Shown: piece after piece, positions 38,929 through 47,328 of the stretch | Numbering within the stretch: position 1 is the stretch's first letter | How the letters are laid out: each line of letters opens with the position of its first letter | Origin: an uncultured Pseudomonadales bacterium | GTDB lineage: Bacteria; Patescibacteriota; Microgenomatia; UBA1400; PJMF01 | Length of the DNA stretch: 64,000 nucleotides | Assembly: GCA_964620965.1 (NCBI GenBank) | Contig: CAZUHV010000003.1 | Span: 98,093 to 162,092, forward strand | Direction of reading: 5' to 3' | Notes under the pieces: model-generated | What the model saw: the letters and a program-made list of their open reading frames with translations, nothing else | Database searches by the model: none | What the model was told of the DNA's origin: nothing | Made by a program: the position numbers and the translations under genes

Positions 38929-40077
38929 TCATAGGGCGTTCTCTTCGTCTCCTTTGGTTTGCATCTCTTCGATTTGTGATTCTAGCTCTTTAATTCTTTG
39001 CTCATCCATTTTCTTTCTGTGGTTGAGGTGTCTTTTTACAGAGAAGACAATGAAAGCAAGGATCATGAGTAGGGCGAATCCAGCGAGGATAATCTTAAGA
39101 GGTAGAAGCCAGAAACTTGTGTTAGCTACAACAATAGAGCCTGTTGATCCATAGCTCATGGTAAGTTTAGCTTTGTATAAGCCCCAGCCCCAGATTCGAT
39201 CCCATTGACCAGTGAAGTCTCTGCTATAGAGAGGAAAAATATTTTTTGGCTCTACAGCAATTGTTTCAACTTTTTGGTTGAATAAATTATAAATTTCAAC
39301 GCTCATTTGAGGAGTAATGTGGACATCAGAGTTATTTTCTACAGTGAAATTAAAGGGAACGGGACCATATTCAGTAAAGCTTGGGAAAGTAAAGTCTCTG
39401 ATGTAAGCTTCTTCGTTGATAGGTCCATCAACAACAACATAGAGGAGCGTTCCAACTCTTTGGTTGATAGCTGCACCAGATCCACTATTTGTTACAGAGT
39501 ATTCATCTGTTGTTTCTCCAGGCTCGTGTAAAATCATTGCATAGTGTCCTCCAGGAAGAGCATCTTCTGGAACCTCAATGAGTACATTTATTCCAACAGT
39601 AGATTTTGATGGGATTTGGTGTTCAGTTGGAGTAATTGTGAGCCATGAAGCAAGACTCCATCTATTTGAAGCGCTATCATCTATAGCTATTGGAGTTTCC
39701 CCATCTACATCAAGAATAAAGTCTTGTGCTGAAGTGATAACAGAAACTGGCTGTTCTGAAATGTTTCTGACACGGATTTGAACTTGAATTTTTTCTCCAG
39801 GAGCTGCTGTGAGAGAACCATCATCCCCAAGTCTTGGAGGAATTGCAGTTAATGAGATTTGATCTTGAGCAATTGTTCTAGTTGCGTCTGTTTCGTCATA
39901 TAAAACTGGTTCTGCAGTCGGCTCTAGTACCACATTTTCAGTTTCTGTAGGTATAAATGGATTGCTTGTGGTCTGAGCAAGTGCACCAGATTTAAAACTT
40001 AAAAAAACTGAAGAAACCAAGACGAACCCAGTGGTAAGAGCAATGTTTTTGTAGTTTTTTTGTTGGGCAGTGTTCAT
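38929..40077 (-). CDS. Secreted protein with N-terminal signal peptide, C-terminal TM anchor and cytoplasmic coiled-coil tail
   Basis: The signal ends ...SGALAQ. The C-terminus is WLLPLKIILAGFALLMILAFIVFSV + KRHLNHRKKMDEQRIKELESQIEEMQ. Confidence 0.45.
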   Translation of the reverse strand: MNTAQQKNYKNIALTTGFVLVSSVFLSFKSGALAQTTSNPFIPTETENVVLEPTAEPVLYDETDATRTIAQDQISLTAIPPRLGDDGSLTAAPGEKIQVQIRVRNISEQPVSVITSAQDFILDVDGETPIAIDDSASNRWSLASWLTITPTEHQIPSKSTVGINVLIEVPEDALPGGHYAMILHEPGETTDEYSVTNSGSGAAINQRVGTLLYVVVDGPINEEAYIRDFTFPSFTEYGPVPFNFTVENNSDVHITPQMSVEIYNLFNQKVETIAVEPKNIFPLYSRDFTGQWDRIWGWGLYKAKLTMSYGSTGSIVVANTSFWLLPLKIILAGFALLMILAFIVFSVKRHLNHRKKMDEQRIKELESQIEEMQTKGDEENAL

Positions 40078-40093
40078 TTATTTGTTCCTTGTT

Positions 40094-41566
40094 TTAGAAT
40101 GTCGCGGTGGCAGTATAAATAACATGGTTTTCGTAGTCTCCTGCAGATTGAGTTGAGGAGATAACAGCTCTATAGCAGACATACAAATTATGTTCGTCTG
40201 CAACAGTAGTAGATGAGAATATTTGTTGAGCCGCTTGACCATCCTCTGTGTCTGCAAATTGGCGTGCGCAGTAAGTTCCTCCAGAACAGTTGCCTGCTAC
40301 TGTGTCATACTCAAAAACTGGAGTAAGACCAGAGGTGTTTACGTCATCTAAAGAGAATCCGAAGCCTTTATATGTTGTTGAATCCCATCGATCTGAAGCT
40401 GTGTGACTCATTGCTGCGTTATTACCTGTGGCGTCTGGAATACAATCTGCTCCAGTGTTATCACCTGCACAAGTGCCTGCATCCCTACCAAGCTGATCGT
40501 TTGCTCTAACTGTAACGGCATAGCCATTTGTAGCGTTTGTAGAAACTGAGAGTGCTTGTGCAGCATCAGAGAAAGCAGAAATAGAAAGTTCTCCAAATGG
40601 AACAGCTGCTGCAGTGGTTGTAACATCTGTTGTTACGCCACATGCAGTAGTGCTTGCTGCAACACCACTAATTTGGAATGTAATTTGAGGAGCAACAGAA
40701 GCAGTAACACGGACGGCTTCGATTACTCCAACAGAGGTTGTTGTTGAATCTTGAGCTGAATAAGAACTATTAAGATGTTGGACAATAATCCTGTAGGTAT
40801 CTGCTAGCCCTGTTGTATGAGCTGCTTTTGGAGCAGGATTGATGAGGTCATTGATAACAACTGCATCGTTAGCACTTCCATCAAATGCGGTTCCAATTGC
40901 ACCATTTCCAGAGTATCTACACTCAAAAGAGTGATAGTCTTGGCTTCCAATGGTAATTGCTGAAGCAGAAGCAGTTCCAGCGACAAAATCATATCCACTA
41001 ATATCAGAAGGACAGGTAACAGTTGGTGGAGTGTTACTAAAATCAAAGTTTCCAGAATCTGGTAGGCCATCTTGAGAATCGGCGTTATTCGCAACAGCGG
41101 GTACTAAAATTCTAATTGCCCCATTTGGAATGGCATTTGCAGTTGTGAATCGAACTGTTTGTGTAGCAGATTGAGTAGAAATAACGATGTCTCCAGCTTC
41201 AATATCGCCAGATGCAAGAACAGGTGTAACATTAAAAGTAGAAGCGGAGTTAATGCTTGTAATTGTGTATGAACCAATAGAGTTTGTATCTCCAACACCA
41301 ACAACATCCCCACTTACGAGTTGAGCAGAGGAAGTAGAAGGTCTAACCCCAACAGTTGTATCAATGATAACTTGAGAAGACCCAGCGGTATTTCCAGAAG
41401 CTAAAATGCCACTGAATGACAGTCTTGAGTTTGAAAGCGTAACTGAAACATTGGTCAAGCTAGCAGATTGGCTTTTTTGATATACCCCTCCTATAAATAT
41501 GCCAGAAAAAATCACTGCAGCGGTAAGTAATTTTTTTGTGGTATTCTTTGATATTTTTAATCTCAT
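40094..41566 (-). CDS. Secreted S/T/A/G-rich protein of unknown function
   Basis: Signal peptide present. A β-rich, low-charge sequence with paired Cys residues. The C-terminal ...GDYENHVIYTATATF is shared in pattern with the 243-aa protein at 42683..43414. Confidence 0.45.
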   Translation of the reverse strand: MRLKISKNTTKKLLTAAVIFSGIFIGGVYQKSQSASLTNVSVTLSNSRLSFSGILASGNTAGSSQVIIDTTVGVRPSTSSAQLVSGDVVGVGDTNSIGSYTITSINSASTFNVTPVLASGDIEAGDIVISTQSATQTVRFTTANAIPNGAIRILVPAVANNADSQDGLPDSGNFDFSNTPPTVTCPSDISGYDFVAGTASASAITIGSQDYHSFECRYSGNGAIGTAFDGSANDAVVINDLINPAPKAAHTTGLADTYRIIVQHLNSSYSAQDSTTTSVGVIEAVRVTASVAPQITFQISGVAASTTACGVTTDVTTTAAAVPFGELSISAFSDAAQALSVSTNATNGYAVTVRANDQLGRDAGTCAGDNTGADCIPDATGNNAAMSHTASDRWDSTTYKGFGFSLDDVNTSGLTPVFEYDTVAGNCSGGTYCARQFADTEDGQAAQQIFSSTTVADEHNLYVCYRAVISSTQSAGDYENHVIYTATATF

Positions 41567-41700
41567 TTTTTTGCTCTAGATAGGCATTTTTTAGTTTTTA
41601 CTTTTTATTTTTTTCAATACGAAAAATAAAGACTTTCTGCCTTGTAGTTTAATAATATAGAGTTTTGCAAAACTATACAATATGCATTTTTTCTTATTAA

Positions 41701-42666
41701 CTACTCAATTTTGTGTTTTGTTCGGAAATAAATAGAAATTCCAATACCAAAAATGATCGCTAGCACAATTGCTATAGGTACTGCATAGTAAACGGCTACA
41801 AATTGAGTAATAACTGAGTTATTTTCATCCGTTAGAGTGATAACTATTTGATATGGTCCAAGCGAGAATTGGGGCTTAAAGGAAAATGACCCAACTTCTG
41901 GTTTTTCTAGATCTGAATTAGAGAGTAGTGCCCGTAACTCTCTAGAGTTGTGCCCAAGTATCGTATCTGGATACACTTGAAACTCTGCGATTGTTTGTTT
42001 ACGCCAGTTCACAATTTTTGCACTTCCAGATGCAGTAGTTGCTCCAAAACTGTTGTTTTTTACGATTGGGGCAAATGATATTTTTTGAAAACTATCAACA
42101 ATTTTTGGTGCATTTGCATCTAGTACTTCTAGAATTTTTGCAAATTTATTTTGTTTTGCTACTAGTACAACAAGATTACTTCCGATTGCTCCTGTAACAC
42201 TGGAGTTGGTAGTTTTTTGGGCACTTAAGTTTGCTGTTTTTTCGAGTTCAGACTGGGAAAAAAAGAGTACTGTCATTGGATACTCTTTTTCTTCAGCTTC
42301 TTTAGGGACATCAATGTACAAGGTTAGTTGAGCTTTTTTTTGTGGAGGAATAGTTACTTCTTTAACGGAGTTATCAACTCCTAGAGAAATATAGGGAAAC
42401 GTAAGTTGATTTGTAACAATGACTCTGCCTGATTTTCCATCTGTGGTAAAGTCAACAAGAGTGGGGAGGACAGTTATTGGAGCTGTTCCAGTGTTTTCTA
42501 GAATTATTGTGTGGTTTGCAGAGCTTCCAGGAGCAACATGTAAGTAGGAAACAGGAGGAGAAACAGTTAAATTTACCTCAGTTTCTTGTGCAAGAACAAT
42601 ATTTGTTCTGCTGAAAATACAGAAGGCGAGTACCTGCATAGCTAAAAGTAACACTGTTTTTTTCAT
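41701..42666 (-). CDS. Secreted protein with signal peptide and C-terminal TM anchor (short cytoplasmic tail)
   Basis: The signal ends ...IVLAQE. The C-terminus is AVPIAIVLAIIFGIGISIYF + RTKHKIE. It has the same architecture as 38929..40077. Confidence 0.45.
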   Translation of the reverse strand: MKKTVLLLAMQVLAFCIFSRTNIVLAQETEVNLTVSPPVSYLHVAPGSSANHTIILENTGTAPITVLPTLVDFTTDGKSGRVIVTNQLTFPYISLGVDNSVKEVTIPPQKKAQLTLYIDVPKEAEEKEYPMTVLFFSQSELEKTANLSAQKTTNSSVTGAIGSNLVVLVAKQNKFAKILEVLDANAPKIVDSFQKISFAPIVKNNSFGATTASGSAKIVNWRKQTIAEFQVYPDTILGHNSRELRALLSNSDLEKPEVGSFSFKPQFSLGPYQIVITLTDENNSVITQFVAVYYAVPIAIVLAIIFGIGISIYFRTKHKIE

Positions 42667-42682
42667 AAAATCTGATATCCTG

Positions 42683-43414
42683 CTAATATCCTGGTACAGC
42701 TACATACACAACCGCTGTCTCATAATTACCGCTTGCCTGGTAATCACCAATTCCTGCTTTGTAAGTAACAGTTGCTTGGCGTTGGTTGGCGATGTTGTCT
42801 GAACTCATAACTACTTGCATTGGATCTGCGCTTTCATTATCTGCAAAGCTTTTAAAGTAAGTATTGTCGATAAAGTTTGCAGGAATGTCGTTTCCAGACA
42901 TGTTATAACCAAACCCTGCGATAGATTGATTTGTCCAAACAGCAGCAGCAGTATGTGAACAGGTTCCAGAGTCACAGGTGGTATCTGGAATTTCTTCAGA
43001 ACCCTGTTGTTGTCTTAAAGGATGTTCTTCAAATGCATATACTGAATAGCCACCAGCTCCTTTTGTTGTAATGGTTAGAGTGTGAGAATCGGTGTTATGT
43101 GTATTTTCGACTAATTCTCCAAAGTTAATGAGGGTTTTTGAGATTTGAAAACTAAAAGTGTCTATTTGGTAAATGTATTGAAAACCTGAACCAACAAAGT
43201 ACGTGGAAGTTCCATATTCTCCATATGGCCCAGCTCCTGTTTGTCCAACAGTGTCGGTTACTTTATAACTAGCACTTTCTTTTTCTCCAGAGGTAACATT
43301 GAAATTTCCAAAGGTGATCACATAGGAATCAGATTCTAGACGCTCTGCACTTGCAAGTTTGAATGCAAAAAAGAATAGAATAAAGGTAGTAAGAAAAATA
43401 GTAGTTTTTTTCAC
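42683..43414 (-). CDS. Secreted protein of unknown function
   Basis: The signal ends ...LASAE. The C-terminal ...GNYETAVVYVAVPGY parallels ...GDYENHVIYTATATF of the 490-aa protein. Confidence 0.45.
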   Translation of the reverse strand: MKKTTIFLTTFILFFFAFKLASAERLESDSYVITFGNFNVTSGEKESASYKVTDTVGQTGAGPYGEYGTSTYFVGSGFQYIYQIDTFSFQISKTLINFGELVENTHNTDSHTLTITTKGAGGYSVYAFEEHPLRQQQGSEEIPDTTCDSGTCSHTAAAVWTNQSIAGFGYNMSGNDIPANFIDNTYFKSFADNESADPMQVVMSSDNIANQRQATVTYKAGIGDYQASGNYETAVVYVAVPGY

Positions 43415-43418
43415 AGTG

Positions 43419-44141
43419 TTATTTTTTTTCGGTTTCCACTGCTTCAGTATTCATTTGTGTGACTATTTTTTTGCTTTCTGAAGCTAATAATGAAATCTGT
43501 GTTTCTAAAATCTGAGAATCAATTGGTTCGTTTCTATGTGTTGCAGTTTCGAGCATGTCTTGAAGAATATTAAGTTTTGGTAACAAAAATTTTGTAATGA
43601 AACTCTCAAGGGTAAGCTCTTTTTGAATAACTGATTCCAGTTGTTTTTCTTCTTTTTCTGCAATCTTTTGTTGTAGGCGAGCATCGTCATACTGTTTTCT
43701 GGCGAAAAGGAAGAAGATAAGCATGAGTGGTAGAGTTGTAAATGCTGCGATTGTGAGAGAAGTGATTTCTGGCTGTAGTGCATAGTGTACAAGCATGATA
43801 GCTAAAGTTGCTGAGATGGCAGTTACTTGTCTTGTAGTCATAACTAAAAAGAAGAGGTGAATATATGAAAAAGGATAGAAAATCGAGTTGGCATTTCCTG
43901 TGGATCCAATCAAAACTGTGACTGCAAATGACACAAATACAATTTCTAAAGAATTATTTTCTGGCAAGATATGCCAAATTTGTGCTTTCCCTAAGCGTTT
44001 TGAGATGAAAAAACCGAAGATTGCTACTGCAAAAGCTTGGAGTGAGTAGTATGAAAGACTAGGATTGGAGAGCCAAAAATATGCCAGTCCAATTGAGCCG
44101 AGCACTGCGAGAGTGTGTTTTAGTTGTGACATTGTTTTCAT
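43419..44141 (-). CDS. Integral membrane protein (~5 TM) with C-terminal coiled-coil; first gene of the secreted-protein operon
   Basis: N-terminal hydrophobic helices and a C-terminal heptad-like EKEEKQLESVIQKELTLE... segment. It ends 4 bp before the next gene. Confidence 0.45.
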   Translation of the reverse strand: MKTMSQLKHTLAVLGSIGLAYFWLSNPSLSYYSLQAFAVAIFGFFISKRLGKAQIWHILPENNSLEIVFVSFAVTVLIGSTGNANSIFYPFSYIHLFFLVMTTRQVTAISATLAIMLVHYALQPEITSLTIAAFTTLPLMLIFFLFARKQYDDARLQQKIAEKEEKQLESVIQKELTLESFITKFLLPKLNILQDMLETATHRNEPIDSQILETQISLLASESKKIVTQMNTEAVETEKK

Positions 44142-44224
44142 TTCTTATCCAGTATACCTTAAAAAGTGTGATATACTCTACTGGTATGTTGCAAATAAAC
44201 ACACTCGAGCTTCTTCTTAACCTC

Positions 44225-44295
44225 TAGGTAATAAGGGGAGCGTATGTGTGCAGTGAAGTCCCCTTACAAGAGGGGCTTTTTTATTATTTTGGACC
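44225..44295 (+). promoter_or_regulatory. Terminator/antiterminator-like element in the leuS 5' leader
   Basis: GGGGA (region 1) ... TCCCCTT (region 2) ... AGGGGC + TTTTTTATT (region 3). Region 2 can pair with either region 1 or region 3. It lies ~140 nt upstream of the leuS ATG. No canonical T-box sequence was recognised. Confidence 0.3.
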
Positions 44296-44431
44296 CGGTC
44301 TTTTTTGATAAAAAAAGTCGTAGGTACAAAAGATGCACAGTATTGGAAAAGGTGTTGTGTTTAAGCAAAATAAGTAGAAAAAACCAAGTTATAATTAGAT
44401 TGAACCAAAAATCAATCAAAATAAGGAATAT

Positions 44432-46969
44432 ATGTTTGATCAAAACCAAATCGAAGAGAAGTGGCAACAAATCTGGGAGAATAACAGTTTGTTTCAACAA
44501 ACTGAAAAAGGACTTGCTCCAGATGGTAAAGCACTTGTAGATGGAGAAGATACACAGATAAAAGACAAAATGTATTTATTGTTTGCGTTTGCATATCCTT
44601 CTGGTTCGGGTTTACATGTTGGGCATGTTGAGAGCAAAACAGCGTTGGATATTTTGGCTCGTTTTTACAGGATGAAAGGTAAAGATGTATTTTTTCCAGT
44701 TGGTTGGGATGCATTTGGCTTACCTGCAGAAAACTATGCTATTAAAACTGGAGTTCATCCAAAAGTTACAACAAAAGAAGCTATAAACACATTTAGAAGA
44801 CAGATTAAACGTATTGGAATCTCTTATGATTGGAAAAATGAGCTGGCAACAAATCACCCAGAATACTATAAGTGGACACAATGGATTTTTACCCAAATGT
44901 TTAACAAAGGTTTGGCATATCAAAAAGACGGAAACGTGAACTGGTGTCCTTCTTGTCAAACAGTGTTAGCAAATGAGCAGGTTGTTGAAGGGTTATGTGA
45001 GCGCTGTGATAGCGAAGTTGTGCAAAAGCAAATGCGTCAGTGGTATTACAAAATTACTGAGTATCAGGATGAGTTAATTTCTGGATTAGATCAGGTTGAT
45101 TGGCCAGCTCCAACAAAAGCACAGCAGTTAAATTGGATTGGCAAAAAAACAGGAATTGAAATTACCTATGAAGTTGTTGATGAAACAGGAAAAACTTCAA
45201 AAGAAGGTAGCTCTATTACTTGTTTTACAACAAGGCCAGATACAAACTTTGGTGCAACATTTGTCGTAATTGCTCCAGAACATGAATTCGCACAAAAAAT
45301 CGCAGAAACAGATACTGGTGTTGCCAATTATTTAGATGCATCTAGCAGAAAAACAGAGTTAGAAAGACAACAAGAAGGCAAGAAAAAAACTGGTGCGTTT
45401 ACTGGATACTATGCAGTTAATCAGTTAACGAACAAAAAAATGCCAATTTGGGTTTCTGATTTTGTTTTAGGAGGATTTGGAACTGGAGCAGTAGTTGGTG
45501 TACCTGGTCATGATATGCGTGACTTTGAGTTTGCACAGTTTGTGAATGCCACAGCTGATAAAAACGCAATAGAGGTAATTCGTGTAGTTGTTGGGTCTGA
45601 TGGTGATATATCAAAGATAACCAGGCCAAGTCAAGTTCAAGAAGAAGAGGGCGCTATGATGAACTCTGACTTTTTGAATGGGATGGAAATTCATGAGGCA
45701 ACTGAAAAAATCATGGACTATATGGAAGAAAAAGGAATGGGGAAGAGAGTCACAACATATAGACTTCGTGATTGGTTAATTTCTAGACAGAGATATTGGG
45801 GAACTCCAATTCCCATTGTGTATGATCCAGAGGGAAATGCACATCCGGTAAAACAAGAACACCTCCCATGGGAGTTACCAACAGATGTAGATTTCAAGCC
45901 AACTGGTGAATCTCCTCTAAAATCTAGCAAAGAATTTATTGACAGAGTAGAAAAACTGTATGGGAAAGGTTGGAAGCCAGAGTTTGATACTATGGATACC
46001 TTTGTTGATTCTAGCTGGTATTTTTTGCGCTATGTAGATTCAAGAAATTCAGCAGTTTTTGCAGATAGCGATCAAATTAAAACTTGGTTACCAGTTGATT
46101 TGTATATGATTGGTCCAGAACACATTGTGCTGCATCTGCTATATTCTAGATTTTTTACAAAGTTCTTGCGTGACGAAGGCTATCTACAGTTTGATGAACC
46201 ATTTATGAAGATGCGTCATCAAGGTATGATTTTAGGTCCAGACAATCGCAAGATGTCGAAATCTAAGGGAAATGTAATCAATCCAGATGAAATTATCGAA
46301 AAATTCGGTGCAGATACTTTGCGTGTATACGAAATGTTCATGGGACCACTTGAAGCAGATAAACCTTGGGATGTTCGTGCCGTGATTGGTGTCTACAAAT
46401 TTTTACAAAGAATATATGCAATTGTTACAGAAGCAGAACTAGAAGAGTTTTCTGATGAACAAAAAGCAGTAACCGAACGAAAACTACATCAATTACTCGC
46501 GAAAGCGACAGATGACATTCCAAAATTAAAATTTAACACAACAATAGCATTTATGATGGAGTTCGTGAATTTATGGCAGGCAGAATCTAAAAAATACTCC
46601 GCGACATTATCTGCAGAAGACAAAGTTAAGTTTATAAAAGTGTTGGCCCCATTTGCTCCATTTATGGCGGATGAATTATTTGAAACAGTGACTGGCCAAG
46701 CAAGTGATAACCATGAGTATGACGGAGTTCATATTTCTGATTGGCCAGAATTTGATCCAGAAACAGCTCAAGCAGATGAAGTTATGATACCAGTGCAAAT
46801 AAACGGAAAAATTCGTGCTCAGTTGGTTGTGCCAGCTGATAAAGTTGCTGATAAAGAGTTTGTCTTGGCTCAGGCTACACAAATGGATGAAATTCAAAAA
46901 TATGTTGCAGGTACACAATTTAAAAAACAGATATATGTTCCTGGCAAGATAATTTCTTTTGTGGTTTAA
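44432..46969 (+). CDS. leuS: Leucyl-tRNA synthetase
   Basis: HIGH motif (HVGHV). KMSKS motif (KMSKSKGN). The CP1 editing-domain region and a typical bacterial-LeuRS N-terminus YPSGSGLHVGHVESKTALDILARFYRM. Confidence 0.95.
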   Translation: MFDQNQIEEKWQQIWENNSLFQQTEKGLAPDGKALVDGEDTQIKDKMYLLFAFAYPSGSGLHVGHVESKTALDILARFYRMKGKDVFFPVGWDAFGLPAENYAIKTGVHPKVTTKEAINTFRRQIKRIGISYDWKNELATNHPEYYKWTQWIFTQMFNKGLAYQKDGNVNWCPSCQTVLANEQVVEGLCERCDSEVVQKQMRQWYYKITEYQDELISGLDQVDWPAPTKAQQLNWIGKKTGIEITYEVVDETGKTSKEGSSITCFTTRPDTNFGATFVVIAPEHEFAQKIAETDTGVANYLDASSRKTELERQQEGKKKTGAFTGYYAVNQLTNKKMPIWVSDFVLGGFGTGAVVGVPGHDMRDFEFAQFVNATADKNAIEVIRVVVGSDGDISKITRPSQVQEEEGAMMNSDFLNGMEIHEATEKIMDYMEEKGMGKRVTTYRLRDWLISRQRYWGTPIPIVYDPEGNAHPVKQEHLPWELPTDVDFKPTGESPLKSSKEFIDRVEKLYGKGWKPEFDTMDTFVDSSWYFLRYVDSRNSAVFADSDQIKTWLPVDLYMIGPEHIVLHLLYSRFFTKFLRDEGYLQFDEPFMKMRHQGMILGPDNRKMSKSKGNVINPDEIIEKFGADTLRVYEMFMGPLEADKPWDVRAVIGVYKFLQRIYAIVTEAELEEFSDEQKAVTERKLHQLLAKATDDIPKLKFNTTIAFMMEFVNLWQAESKKYSATLSAEDKVKFIKVLAPFAPFMADELFETVTGQASDNHEYDGVHISDWPEFDPETAQADEVMIPVQINGKIRAQLVVPADKVADKEFVLAQATQMDEIQKYVAGTQFKKQIYVPGKIISFVV

Positions 46970-47029
46970 ATATGTTTTAGAGTTCTTGTTTCTATTACTC
47001 CTGAATGCAAATAGTGTTAAACTGGAATT

Positions 47030-47326
47030 ATGGTCGCGATAGACGAACAATTTCAGCTGAAAGTATATAACCAGAATGGTTTAATTTTTGATGAGCTAGT
47101 AACTGCGGTTAGTGCAGAAAACGAGACTGGTCCAATTAGTTTTTTGTCTGGGCATACAAATTTTATTACAACAATTAAGGGGTCTTTAACAGACGAAATG
47201 TTGTTTGCGTATTTTAAAGATGGTTCAAAAAAAGGATTCTTACTTGAATCCGGAGTTGTTAAAATTTTTAACAATGTTGTTGAGGTATTTTTGGTTTTAG
47301 ATCTAAACTTAAATATTGAGAAATAA
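47030..47326 (+). CDS. atpC: F-type ATPase epsilon-subunit-like protein (β-sandwich domain only), convergent to the operon
   Basis: FQLKVYNQNGLIFDELVTAVSAENETGPISFLSGHTNFITTIK aligns with the epsilon N-domain (…L.V…lf…V..v…e.G…i..GHaPl.t.IK…). At 98 aa it lacks the C-terminal helical hairpin. Confidence 0.5.
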   Translation: MVAIDEQFQLKVYNQNGLIFDELVTAVSAENETGPISFLSGHTNFITTIKGSLTDEMLFAYFKDGSKKGFLLESGVVKIFNNVVEVFLVLDLNLNIEK

Positions 47327-47328
47327 TT

